A DNA stretch of 57,001 nt, the filler included, from Sluysia triapertura (Eukaryota), in NCBI GenBank assembly GCA_046118255.1. It is 4 parts of 4 records of this genome, joined end to end, with 100 filler letters (N's around TTAATTAATTAA, not from the genome) between each part and the next. Parts side by side here need not be neighbours in the genome. Positions count along the whole stretch, not along the records: positions 1 to 11,002 come from JBJNIA010190297.1; positions 11,103 to 29,153 come from JBJNIA010182612.1; 2 more parts are not named here. One strand, given 5' to 3'. This document shows, one piece after another, positions 1-12,892 of the stretch. The notes under the pieces were generated by a model. The model saw only the letters and a program-made list of their open reading frames with translations, ran no database searches and was not told where the DNA came from. A program made the position numbers and the translations under genes. Position 1 is the stretch's first letter, and every line of letters begins with the position of its first letter.

Positions 1-662
1 TAAAAAGTAAGTTTATCAATCTATGCTAAAAAAAGTCATCATTTTTGACGGTCTTGTCGAAAAAAACCATGCGTTAAAATTTCGAGTTTCCATCTAGTGA
101 GAGAAATTAAATATTCGACATGTATATATCTAAACTATAAGCGAATGCTAATATTAAATGATAAAAGATTAGAGGTGGTCAAATTTTTATATTCATACCG
201 AATTACTGATCATTTAAAATCTTTTTATAAATTCAATAATACTACAAATTGGTTATTCGAGTACAACACTACAAGATTTCTTTTAGGACAGAACCTTTGC
301 AGTTTTTTTATATTACAAAATTTATTCATAACTTTTAACATTTAATTTTATTTACTTTATTTTTTAACAGTATGGGTTTTTCGGTCTACTCCATTTGCTT
401 CAAGCTACTGCACAAAAATCAAGAATCTTCTCTTCCTTATCTCACTTGTTTTTATTACTGGCTATAAAATTTTTTTATAAGGTTAAATACAAACACATTA
501 TGTATTCCTACTTTTTCACTTCTTCTAATAAGATCTTCAATTAATGTCCAACAACTCTATTATAAGTTATTGAAAAATTGTGACAAGTTATTAAAGCATT
601 TACATAAGTAATATAGCAGAACATATGCCAGATAAAGATCAGTTAAATAAGATAACACAAAT

Positions 663-805
663 TGTTAGACTTCGTAAAATGGACTGACCGGAGATCGAAC
701 CCGAGACCTTCGCTTCGCAATTCGAATGCTCAGCCCCGTCTAACAATTTTATTTTTATTATGTTCAATTATACTAAGTGGCACCTTAGGCCTTTTTACCC
801 CAACA
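663..805 (-). mobile_element. Short TG...CA element containing a tRNA-like cassette (copy 1, D-arm deleted)
   Basis: Begins TGTTAGAC (663) and ends CCCCAACA (805), with AAAT on both flanks. Internal minus-strand GGGCTGA...GGTCTCGGGTTCGATCTCCGGTCAGTCC; colinear with 12893-13048. Confidence 0.75.
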
Positions 806-1933
806 AAATTACAAAATATGTAGAATAAGAAGTTGATTGTTAAATTATACGTTACATGTTATTACTTTTAGTTACAGGCACGTCTGCTGCATATCTAAAG
901 GTGTGTATTGCAGCCGAACATTACAAAAACATTTTTGCCATTGATTTAAGAGAAAGAAAAATCGCATCAAATAATAAATTTAATTTTTACACATATTTTT
1001 AAAAATGATTTTAACTTGAGATTTCAGAATTTAATCAATTTTCGAATATTAAAAACGAATCTTTACTATTACTCGAACAAACCTTTTTTTATAAAAATGT
1101 TCAATCTGAGATTATTCAAATTCATATCACTCAACTTTTACTTGATCCATTTTCGTAATATCATTAAATCTATAAGAAACTTAATAATTTATTTCTGAGA
1201 AATAATAAAAATTTGACTTTGCTCAATATTATGATTTTTTTTCATGAACTTCATCAAGTCACATTTTAATCAAATTTGTACGCAGTTAAACACAGTATTT
1301 TAACATTATTTTATAAAAATTTATTTTCCTTAACTAAGTTAATTAATCTATTTTTAGAATTTTTCATGTTTTATATTGAAAGGTTTTACCAAGGTTCTAA
1401 AGATATTTGTAATTAATAAGGTACTCAAGAGTTTTAGTTGCTTTTACTTCCTCCGGAGTGGCTCCTTTTTTCTACTTATTTACGTTGATTATTAACACAT
1501 CCAATTTATCGTTATTATTAACAACAATTAATTTACCATTTTAACACTATTTATTTGATGCATTGAATAATATGAATCAACAGATAATACATTAGGTTTG
1601 TTATGATTAGTTTTTGGCCATTGTTATTTGGATTGTTTAGTTATTAATAATATTTTAGTTATTAATAATATTTAAATTTCACTTTATTTTGTTATTAATA
1701 ATCAGAAATTTTTTTTGAATAATTAAAAAAATTAATTTACTATTTTTATCTTAAATAAATTTTTGGATGTTTAAATATAATCTAATTTCAGTTTTGTTTC
1801 TAGGCCACAATAAAATATAGAACATTTTTTACTTATAGATTGATAAAAGTTTAAAGAAGTAAAATGAAACACTAAATAGTACGAATAATTACGTTTTGAT
1901 TTATTTATCTATATTTTATTGTAATATCTTTTC

Positions 1934-4900
1934 ATGGATACTGATCAATATGATGAATATGGTAATTACATAGGGCCATCATTAGATTCTGATGAAGAAT
2001 CTAATGAAGAGATTGAAGAAGACTCTGAAGATAATGAAAATTTAGATGATGAGGAAGATGATGTCGATGAAGGTGAAGAACTCGCAGAAGTTCAAGATGT
2101 TGCAAATAACATGGAGGTTGTGCTTCATGAGGAAAAAAAGTATTATCCAACAGCTTCTGAATTATATGGTCCCGGTGTAGAAGTTTTGGTGGAAGAAGAA
2201 GATGAGCAGCCACTGACGCGACCTGTAGTTCAGCCAGTAACCAAGCCATCTGTGGGAATAGCCAAAGATCAAAAAGTACCTCTTATGGAATATAGCATTG
2301 AATTTTTGAAAAACATGATGAATAGTCCAGATAGAATTAGAAATGTTGCTTTATGTGGTAATCTTCATTCTGGAAAGACATCATTTGTTGACTGCCTCAT
2401 TGAACAGACTCACCCTGAAATTCTAGCAGAAGAAGATAAAGACGTAAGTAGAAGTTTTTAATTTATATTCATTTTAGTTGCGGTACACGGATTATTTGAA
2501 ATTGGAAGTCGAACGTGGCTTAAGTGTAAAATCGACACCAATAACCCTTATATTACCTGATGCTAGAGAAAAGTCATATCTTGTTAATATTATGGATACT
2601 CCAGGTTTAAATTATTTAATATTTAATATGCATTAAGGTCATTTAAATTTTAATGATGAAGTAGTAGCAGCTTTTAGGATATGTGATGGTGTAGTTCTAA
2701 TTGTAGATGCTCACGAAGGGGTTACTATGAATGTAGAACGTATTATTCGTCAAGCAATTTTAGATCAGTTGCAAATTGTATTAGTCATCAATAAAATTGA
2801 CAGACTTATATTGGAATTAAAATTGCCTCCAAATGATTCTTATAGTAAATTAAGAGATATAATAGATTCAGTAAATTCAATAATTAGTACATATTCTGAT
2901 TCTACTCCAAAATTTTTAAGTTTGTTTTGTTTTATAATTTATAATATCATCAGAAAATTCAGGTTACGCTTATCAACAAACTAGAATATCCCCAGCAACA
3001 GGAAATGTTTGTTTCGCTAGTTCTTACTATAGATTTTGTTTTTCATTATATTCATTTGCAAAAATTTATGAGACTCAATTTGAAGGAGTTAATCCAAGAG
3101 ATTTATCAAAATTTCTTTGGGGTGACTTTTACTATAATTCTTATGAGTAATTTATTGCTTATATTTTATTGATATTTAGATGTTCATTTTTGAAACGTCC
3201 TCCTAATAGTGAAAGCAAGCGTAGTTTTATTGAATTTGTTTTAGAGCCAATATACAAAATATTTTCAGTATTGGTCGGAGATGTTGATGATAATTTGGAT
3301 TCCTTATGTACCGATTTAGGTATTTATATAACTCGTGCAGAAACAAAAATGAATATGAGACCATTATTAAGATTAATATTTAAAAGGTTTTGTGGTAATT
3401 TTACTGGATGGACCAGTATGATATCTGAACATTTACCAAGTCCACTTGCAAACGCACGAGTTAAGATCAGTAATACATATACAGGTGCACTTGATGATGA
3501 GTTATCCGAAGCAATGTATAAGTGTGAAACTGTTTCTAGTTCTGGGTAAGTTTATTTTAAATTGTTATATCGTACATTTACATACATTATTATTATTATT
3601 ATTATTTTACTTCAATTTTAATAAAAGGTTTTTTAGATATTCTCCATTTGTCACTGATGATAGACGTAGAAGGGTAAATTTGAGTTAAATTAAGTCAAAG
3701 TCTTAAATCCTTCTACTCTAAAATAAATAAATCATTTTAGGGCTTTTAAGTTCCTTTTGAAGCCTCCAAAATTACTAAGATATTTTATTTTCTATGTAAA
3801 AATTATTGTGAATTATTTTAAGTTATTAAATTTATTTCAATCTTCTTATTTGTAATTAGAGTTAATCCACTTATGGTTCATGTAACGAAATTGTATCCAC
3901 GATCTGATGCAGCACAGTTTCACTGTTTAGGTCGAATTTTAAGTGGTTCTTTGAAGCCAGGGCAACCTGTACGAGTACTTGGAGAATTGTACAGTCTTGA
4001 AGATGAAGAAGATAGCCGTGAAGTCACAACAGGTCGTGTTTGGGTATTTAATGCACGATACAAAATAGATTTAGAGCAAGCTCCACCAGGGTCTTGGGTT
4101 TTAATCGAAGGAGTCGATCAAACTATTGTCAAAACTGCTACAATAACAACTCCACAATACAAAACGGCAATGATTTTTAAACAGTTAGAATTTAATTCTG
4201 TAAGCGTCGTAAAAATTGCCGTTGAACCGGCTAATCCTTCAGAATTACCAAAGATGCTTGATGGATTACGTAAAGTGAATAAAAGTTATCCTTTGTTAAT
4301 AAATAGGGCTGAAGGTAGTGGAGAACATATTATTATAGGCACTGGAGAATTGTATTTAGATTGTGTTATGCATGACTTACGAAAAATGTATACTGATATT
4401 GGTTAGTTTTCAAAACTGAATTTTTAAACGTTATTAAAATGTCAAACAAAAGTATTCGAATGAGATTCAAATAATATTAACTGTATTACTATGCTATCAA
4501 TTGACAAAATTCATTTTCAGTTAAAGGTATTATCTCTTATTGCACGATGTTTTGCATAATTGCACTAGTATTAGTAAAGCGGTAACCAATAAAAAACGAT
4601 ATATTAATTATTCCACACTGAATGTGAATAAATAAAATTTTTTACATATATAATAGGTATTTTCAAGAATATAGGAATTCATACTAAAAGTACAGAAATA
4701 GAAAAAGAGTAAAAACTCAGATGATTTTAAATTGTAAAAAATTCTTAGGCATATTTAAGGTTTGATTTTTTTTTTGTATAAATATTGCGAAAAGCTTAAA
4801 TGGCAAAATCTGACTTCATTTTTTAGAATAGTAAAAATTGAAAATGGTGTAATAGCTTACAAAAGAGGAACCCTTATTTCTCAAAAACAGGTATATCAAA

Positions 4901-7900
4901 ACAAATAAAATGAGTGCTTGCAAAAATAACGCAGTAAATGTTTGAATGCATTACGAAAAAAATTCAAAAATTACAAAAATTAAATTTTAGCAATACTTAA
5001 ACAAATGCACGATTAAAAATTAATAAAATCACAAAGAAATCGATAAAAATGTTTGAAAATATGTTATTGGAATTTTATGCGTTTTGTAAATGTCACACTT
5101 TGAACTAACGAAACTAGATGAAAAACGTCATTAAAATATGTAGAAATTGTTAATTAAAATATATGGAATAAATTAAATTCTTAAATATTGCCATTTCTGT
5201 ACCACCTTGAAAGCTGTTAAATCTCTATTTATGCCAAACAAAATTGAAGAAGTATAGGTACGAAATAATATTGTACACCATATCAAGACACAAATGCATT
5301 AATTTCTTATGAAAAAAATTAATTAATAGTAAATAAGGCAAAAGAGTAACTTATACAACTGAAAACAAAACTTATAAAATATATTAAACCTTTATTTTAT
5401 AAATAAACCAATTATTTATAATTTGGATTAAAACGGGAATTGCAGTATATATTATGAAATGACAATAATAAGTCTCACAAATAAACAGTATAACTTTTGG
5501 AATATGAGAATTTTAACTTTTAAGATTAATACTTAATGTCTATATACCTAATTGCCATTATGTAAATTTATTCAATCATTAATATTCTGTAAGTGGCATG
5601 TCTATAGAATACTTTAATCCTATCATCTCTTCTCAGGATGTAACTCTGCTTGTTAAATTGATTTATATGGTTTGCTTATAAGTGTGTATCAATAATTACT
5701 AATATGTAGTCTGTAAATTAAATAATTTTTGTAGAAATTAAAGTGGCAGATCCAGTTGTGTGCTTTTGTGAGACAGTTGTGGAAACCAGTTCACTTCGTT
5801 GTTTTGCTGAGACTCCAAATAAACGTAACAAATTTACTATGATTGCTGAACCATTACAACGTGGAATTGCTGAAGATATTGAACAAGGTAAAGTGAGTTT
5901 AGAATGGCCAGCAAAACGTGTCGGGGAATTCTTTCGATCAAAATATGATTGGGATTTATTAGCAAGTCGTTCAATTTGGGCATTTGGTCCTTCCAATAAA
6001 AATGGTCCAAACATTTTATTAGATGATACATTACCAGCTGAGGTAGATAAAGGTCTGTTGAAGAATGTTCGCGATCTTGTTGTTCAAGGATTTCAGTGGG
6101 GCGTTCGCGAAGGGCCTCTGTGTGACGAACCAGTTCGAAATGTGAAATTTAAAATGCTTGATGCTGTTGTTGATAAGGAAGCTGGATTCAGACCTGATGG
6201 GAATATTATAAGTACTGCTAGACGAGTAGTTTATTCCGCTTTTTTGATGGCGACTCCAAGATTAATGGAACCAGTTTTGTCTGTAGAAGTACAAGCTCCT
6301 GCAGATTGTATTTCTGCAATTTATTCTGTTATTTCAAAGCGAAGGTAAGTTTTATAAAAGTAGCGATATATAATATAAAACTTGATTACATAAATTCAGT
6401 ATTAAAGTCCTTTTTTCTGTATTTTGATTGATAAATTGCTTATGCTTGATTTTATAAGTACAATTTTCGTTTATAGCAACTAAAATTGCTCTGGTTTTTC
6501 TTAAATTTTACCTAGCAAAATTAAATGAACATGGGTTTAAGTTGTATGACTATACTTATAAATTAAATTAAATATAATCCGAGAGTCTGTTTAATTGTAC
6601 AATGATTATAATGCGTAACATTTTATTTTCACCTTTAAGTCGCTCAAATTTGCAAGTGTTTTTCTTTATCTAACTCGTAAAATATAATAACGTTTTATAT
6701 CCCTATGGAAGACGTTTATGTAGGATTTTTTAACGGAATTTAGTCTTGGCTATGGTCTCTACTTACAATCTGAACAAATTGGATTATATTTTTACGTTTG
6801 AATTATAGTTATTAACTTTTCCTTATGTCTCAATCTCTATTAATTTTAAAAGAATTTGGTTTTCTTTGGGCTATTTTAGAATGTCTCAATAACCGTCAGT
6901 TCTAATTTTTTTCTATTTAACTATTATTTTTAAATTACCCCTTTAATTAACAGTAGTTTGCTCTTGAAGACCACACTACATTAAAACGATAAAAGCAACA
7001 AAATATTATACCATTAGGATTTGATTATTTTTAAATTTTAAAATGATTTTATCTTAAGACTTAATTTAGCGTAAGTTAAATTATTTTGCCTAAGGTTTTC
7101 TTCCTTAACTTAATTAAGGGTACAATTTATTAAACAAAACTTACGAAATAAAAAATGAATTCGGAACGTTGGCGAAAATACTTCCGCAAGCATTGTAATA
7201 GGATAAAATACCACTATTGAAGACAGCCAAACAATTACGTTGAACAAGATATCACGTTGATAAAAATATACATCGGATACACTCGGATTGGCCAAAAATT
7301 AATATCTTACCACAAATTATTTACTCTAATTCTGAATTACTTCTCTTGAAGTTTTATTGAGGTTTTATGTACTAATGCTTTACTATTAATTTTAATTTTC
7401 TATTTTAATTATTTGTTTACTATTAATTAATTTTATTTACAAATATAATTCGATTTCAATTAGTCTATTTATAATATAATTTTTTATTTATAATTAATAT
7501 AACTTAATTTCTTTATTTACTCTTCCTATTAATCGACTATACTTATTTAATTAGAATTACAATTCAATTAATTTTTAAAATATTAAAAAATTTTTTAGAT
7601 ACCTAGGTAGTAGTATATGCGTTCCATCAAAGATTAATAAATAGTAATTCCCTTTATGAACAAATGAATGAAACTATTGAAATTAATATTTTGTAGCATG
7701 AAATATAAAAAAGAAAATTTAATAATTATAAATATAATAAATTTCAAATATGAAATCACACAACTTTTTAAAAATTGAATCTTATTTTAATTTTGTTTTC
7801 TGTATTCTATAGGTTAATTAAATAACCCGACAAGAATAAATACAAGATTGAGTAGAATATAGATACGATTAACCAGGCAAAACTTATAAAAATTAGACTA

Positions 7901-10568
7901 ACTATAAAATGTAACAAATATGTAATCAAAGCTCGTGGCAATTTAATTATAATTAATTCTTTGTATTACATGATCAGGAGTGTAATATTAATTACGGTAC
8001 TCTGGAACTAGGATGACTGATTTTTTCAGTGAAACTTGTCGCTTTTATTTTTACTCGTTACAATTACTTTTAATTTTACTATTGATTTCATCTTTGTCTT
8101 TACCGTTACGAGTGGGTTTGGTTAAATTTGAAAGTGATTCGTGAGTTTTACCTAAACTTTTGAAATGAATCTAATGTTTTTGTTTTTATGAAGTAATTGA
8201 TAATGTATCGTGTATTCAGGCCTGTGGCAACTTTCACATCTATGAATGTCTGTCTTACACTTTATCATTTTATTTAAAGTATAATTTGGTCTTGAGCTTT
8301 GGCTTAAGTTTATTTCGATCAGAATAGCAATTGAAACAAGTAGAGAAGCTTATTTCAATTTCTATCTCATATCTAAATGTATAATAACTAATTATTGGAT
8401 TTATTTGGCTCAAGCTTAAAAATTTTTATTAATGTGAAAATTATCCACCCTACAATGGCAATTAAGACGAGCAGCAGTGATTGAATAATAACATTAAAAA
8501 AGTTTAATAAAAATATAAAGCAAATTTAGAAATTGTCAAATCGTGTATCTATTTTAAATGCAGGATTGAAACCTTCCTAAATAAATTTAGTTTAATAATG
8601 AATTCAGAATTTGACATGAATCTTTTAATTCTATGTTTAGATTCGGCCGATAGAATTGTCTAAAAAATGAATCTGAGTTGTCTGAAATAACATTAAAATA
8701 TCGTTGATAATTCATATAAAATAGGTATGTTAGATTAAAATTAACTTCTTTCTTAAAATTATTTTGTGGATGAATTGTTACTAACTCATTCTTTTATTAT
8801 GAATCTTACTTAGCAAAATTACTTTTAGTTAATTCTTATTAAATCTTAACTAAATATTTAAATTTACTCATGTCTGATATAGATGTAAGTGCAATTAATT
8901 TTATGAATTTTAAATTTCAAACTTTCTCTTCTTTTTCGCTTAGTAAAAAAGAATTAACTAAAGCAGAAGTTTATTCACCACAACATTGTATATGTATGTG
9001 ATTATTGAAATAATTCAAAAAATACCACAAGTAATTTTTGTTTTAATTATTCTTGAATTTATATTATCTAGCTTATAATTTTTTCTTCACTATTAAATGT
9101 CAAATTATTTTTAATCACTGAAAAGTTTCTCATTTTATAGTGGTTGCGTAATAAGTTCCAATATTTCATAATTTTAATATTAATTTGATATTATATAATT
9201 TCAATATTAATTTATTATATTTCAATACTTTCCATATTAATTTTCTGTGGTACTAATTTACTATCAATTCTATAATTCTTATGAATAGTATAAATTTAAT
9301 TTTTATAGATTATTAATGTATTGGGTTGATGGAAAGTAATTTCGTTTCTTTTTGGTGAAAATGATAGACGATTTTTTTAGTGCATAAACATTTTAAATTA
9401 TATTCTCCATTTTGGTCCAAAACCTTGTGCCATCTTTCGGGTAGGAGATTGATTCCACGTTCATAAAACTTCTGATCTTTGCTGGCAAAAAACTGGTCGA
9501 AGTGATAATTGATGTTCTGATTTGAAATGAAGTAAAATGTGGTGGGTGTGGTAGTCATGCCATTCAAACTGTAAAAGTTTTGGCGAGTTCAAAACTTGTT
9601 AGAAGTTCCGCATTGTGGTGGTGGAACACTTTTCCTTTTCTATTGATCAATTCTGGCCTTTTCTCTTTGAGTGAATCATTCGATTTGTCCAGTTGATTAC
9701 AGTACTGGTATTGTAAATGACCTGTAGGAAGGCATTATTCAATAAAGAGTTATTTAATAGTTTAAAGTTGAGACGTTAGGAATTAATAGATTGTAGAATT
9801 TGTAAGATTCTGAGTGTTTAAAAGACTCCTAAATGATTTAAGAATATGCGATTTAGGTTGGAGATTTTGTTAAAATCATTACACGTTTATTATTTGGTAT
9901 ATCTTTAGTGAAATTAGTCGTTAGACGAGTTTAAAATTATGATATTTTTAAATAGTAATTTGATCTATTTATGCGGTAATTTCAAAATTTCGAAATATTT
10001 TATTTTTCTTGGAGTTAATGGGTTAATTTAACATGACCAAAATAATTATTGATATAACACGAACTCAAAATGCCAATGAAACCATTATTAAATTCTTCAT
10101 GTTTTGTAATAAATGTTTCTCAAAATTGTGTTTCTAGTAATAATCTTAATTTGTATGTTTTTTTTACATTTAAAATCGATTTAATATTTTTCTGTAGTTA
10201 ACCTGTAATATATTTTTAGAGGTCATGTTACAAAAGATGGTCCTATAAGTGGTTCACCACTCTATATGATGATGGCTTACGTACCAGCAATTGAATCTTT
10301 TGGCCTAGAAACAGATTTGCGTACTTTTACTCAAGGTCAAGCATTTTGTCAGTCAGTGTTTCATAATTGGCAGCAAGTACCTGGCGATCCGTTGGATCGC
10401 TCTATACAATTACAGCCATTAGTTGCGCAACCAGCTACTCATTTGGCTAGAGAATTTATGGTAAAAACAAGACGTCGAAAAGGACTTAATGAAGATGTCA
10501 GTGTAAGCAAGTTCTTTGATGATCCTATGCTTTTAGAATTGGCTCATCAAGACATGTTAAATATGTAA
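1934..10568 (+). CDS. EFTUD2: 116 kDa U5 snRNP component / Snu114 GTPase (EF-2-like spliceosomal GTPase), 8 exons, 992 aa
   Basis: Exons reconstructed with GT-AG introns and consistent phases: 1934-2443, 2478-2604, 2638-2919, 2954-3146, 3180-3545, 3860-4401, 5735-6344, 10220-10568 (2979 nt = 992 aa + stop). Diagnostic acidic N-terminus [15 protein letters not shown]...[11 protein letters not shown]; G1 GNLHSGKTS; DTPGH; NKIDR; domain [27 protein letters not shown]; [19 protein letters not shown]; C-terminal [22 protein letters not shown]. Confidence 0.97.
9321..9720 (-). mobile_element. Mariner transposon 3' fragment (deleted, frameshifted) in EFTUD2 intron 7
   Basis: Minus-strand translation gives [32 protein letters not shown] and [35 protein letters not shown]. 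Mariner-like TIR TTGGGTTGATGGAAAGTAATTTCG at 9321, preceded by TA. The YSPDLAP region is deleted. Confidence 0.9.
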
Positions 10569-10930
10569 AGCGACAGTATAATTTTTTAATGAATCTGTAT
10601 ATACGATATTTTACATCATGTAAACCATTTTTTAATAATGTAGTTATAAATATTGTTTGTTGGTTTCTTAATTTAAGTGAGTTTTATAATAAAAAAATTG
10701 CGAATATATGTTCATTTCGTAATGAAAAAGTATTTAATTGTACTTACTCTAATAAAACATTTTTAATACAAATATTACATAATAAAACATCTATAATTTC
10801 CAAAAGCCTCAGTATTGCCGACGATTATTTGTAGAAAGCACAAATCATGACAATGTGATATTTTTAAGAATTCGTATTGATAAGAAATTAACTTGCTATT
10901 GTATATCTGATTTGAAATGTTTCTGTAATC

Positions 10931-11002
10931 CAGTGGTGTCAAACCTTTTTGCTTTACGGGCCGCATGATTTGCCTCCGCGGGCCGCCACTTTGACACCAC
11001 TG
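10931..11002. mobile_element. 72-bp hAT (Charlie-like) mini-element/MITE
   Basis: Perfect 13-bp TIRs CAGTGGTGTCAAA / TTTGACACCACTG with subterminal CGGGCCGC repeats. The right flank is an assembly gap, so the TSD cannot be checked. Confidence 0.75.
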
Positions 11003-11102
11003 NNNNNNNNNNNNNNNNNNNNNNNNNNNNNNNNNNNNNNNNNNNNTTAATTAATTAANNNNNNNNNNNNNNNNNNNNNNNNNNNNNNNNNNNNNNNNNN
11101 NN
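11003..11102. other. Artificial scaffold linker N44-TTAATTAATTAA-N44 (also at 29154-29253 and 41442-41541)
   Basis: The identical 100-nt construct occurs three times; TTAATTAATTAA places stop codons in all six frames. Confidence 0.95.
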
Positions 11103-11116
11103 ATAATAATAATAAT

Positions 11117-11171
<55 letters not shown>

Positions 11172-11186
11172 TCAATATCAATAATA
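11103..11186 (+). repeat. (AAT)n microsatellite
   Basis: Direct reading; abuts a gap. Confidence 0.95.
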
Positions 11187-11469
11187 TTCCGTAATAACAA
11201 CTATTTAAAATTAAATAACAATTAAAAAATTACATTTTTATACAAATTATACAATACAAATTACTTTTATTTTTAAATTACACATTTATTTTTACATAAC
11301 ACATCAATTAAATAATAAATGAATTAAGATAAAGTAAATGATAAATAAATAATTAGCAATAAATATCATCAAATTTAATGTAATTATTTAAATGAATTTT
11401 ATTTACTATTAATTTAAAATATAAATTTTGCATTTTTTGTTATATTTGTTATAAAGTATTGCCTCAATA

Positions 11470-12160
11470 TTTTATTTCCGTTTTGCAGGTCGAATTTTTA
11501 CTGAGTTCAAGATACTTTTGATGTAACTATTATATATTTTACGCAGAATTGGTAGAATGCCTCTGATTGGATTACCCATTTGTTGGATAAGAATGAACTG
11601 AAGAAGATTTATGGTTGGACAAATGCTTGAAAAGTTTATACAAAGTGATGGACATATATAAGCTAACGTCGTTGGAGTGAGTATGATGAAAATGAAAGCA
11701 TCTATATTCATTCTGAGAATTAAAAATGGCGTACCCATATAATGTCATTAAAGACAAACTCAGTAAATATTTACACTTTCAGTATGTTAAAATAATGTGA
11801 AACTACCACATTATAAAGGACCATAGAACATCTTATTCGAATTCACTTTATTGATATTAATAAGAATCATTAAAATATTGCTCTTTAAGAACCTGATTTC
11901 AGGTATAGGGATAAAATATACTAAAATTTCATAAATATTGGGTAATGTAAATGTTGTTGGAATTAGCTAACTGTTAGATAAGTCATGGAATTTGAAAATG
12001 CAAGAAAAATTTATACTGCAAGTATTTGTACTAAAAATTTGCAAAATAATTCTCTCAAGGGAAGTTTGTTGGGATTTCCCAACTGTGTATCATAAAATGT
12101 CTGAAGAAAGAACTGATACCAAGTGATGGATTGAACATTACAAGCAGCGTTGAAATAAGA
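11470..12160 (+). mobile_element. Possible highly decayed Penelope-like element 3' (GIY-YIG C-terminal) remnant
   Basis: Frameshifted pieces HKYW/NVNVVG, NARK and VCWDFPTVYHK resemble the C-terminus of Penelope endonucleases. Weak evidence. Confidence 0.3.
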
Positions 12161-12892
12161 ATAATAAAAATAAAAACATTTGTAATAATCTTAACAGCTG
12201 AAGAATACCTTAGAGTTTCAAAGACCTCAATAAGCTGTCGAGGCCTTGTGGAAAATTGAAATGGACTTGGAAAACCTTTAAAGGCATTAGAGAAACTTTG
12301 AGCTTTTGAATCTTGAGATCATTTGAAATTTTAATAACCTTTAAGTATTCCTGAAATCCTGATAAGCATATATAATCTCTGGTAATCTTATAAAGTGTTT
12401 ACAATCTTTAGAATATTTGAGAAATAAAATCATTGTTATTGGTATTAAGAATAAATCTAGTGTAGTAATAATTAATTTGAAGAAGTAGAAAAAGGAATCA
12501 GAGAGTGAAAGTGAAAACATCTAGAACCTCTTCAATGTTTTATTAACTACTAAATAACTTTAGAACCTCAATAAAACCTTTAAATATAGAATAAGATTAA
12601 GTGTAAAAACAGATTCATTAATTAAAAACTTAATTAACTTAATTAAGGAAAAGTACGTCTTTGTGAATAACTTTTGAATGCGGAACGCTATGTTGAATTT
12701 GAAACTGTATATGTATTTGTTTTAAAAAGATCTTTCGATGAAGATATTGAGCAAAGTCAAATTTTAATTAATTTTTAATTATGGAATGTTCAATTTTTTA
12801 TACTTAGAGTGATGAAAATATAATAAATGGAATATGAAATTATTGCTATGAAAAAAGAGAATCTATAAATGAGTTCGAAATGTTTGTAGAAT

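Noticed and set aside
2001-6031. Antisense and overlapping ORFs on EFTUD2 (2001-2249, 3446-3688, 5718-6014, 5837-6031)
   Set aside because: These are shadow frames of real exons with no protein-like features.
11047-11058. Palindromic TTAATTAATTAA islands inside N runs (three occurrences)
   Set aside because: Identical N44-12mer-N44 constructs are scaffolding linkers, not biology. Adjacency across them is uncertain.
12194-12240. Hammerhead ribozyme-like CTGAAGA motif (also CTGAGGA at 15054 and TGATGAAGA plus hairpin near 34388)
   Set aside because: The required GAAA core and stems II/III are not present.
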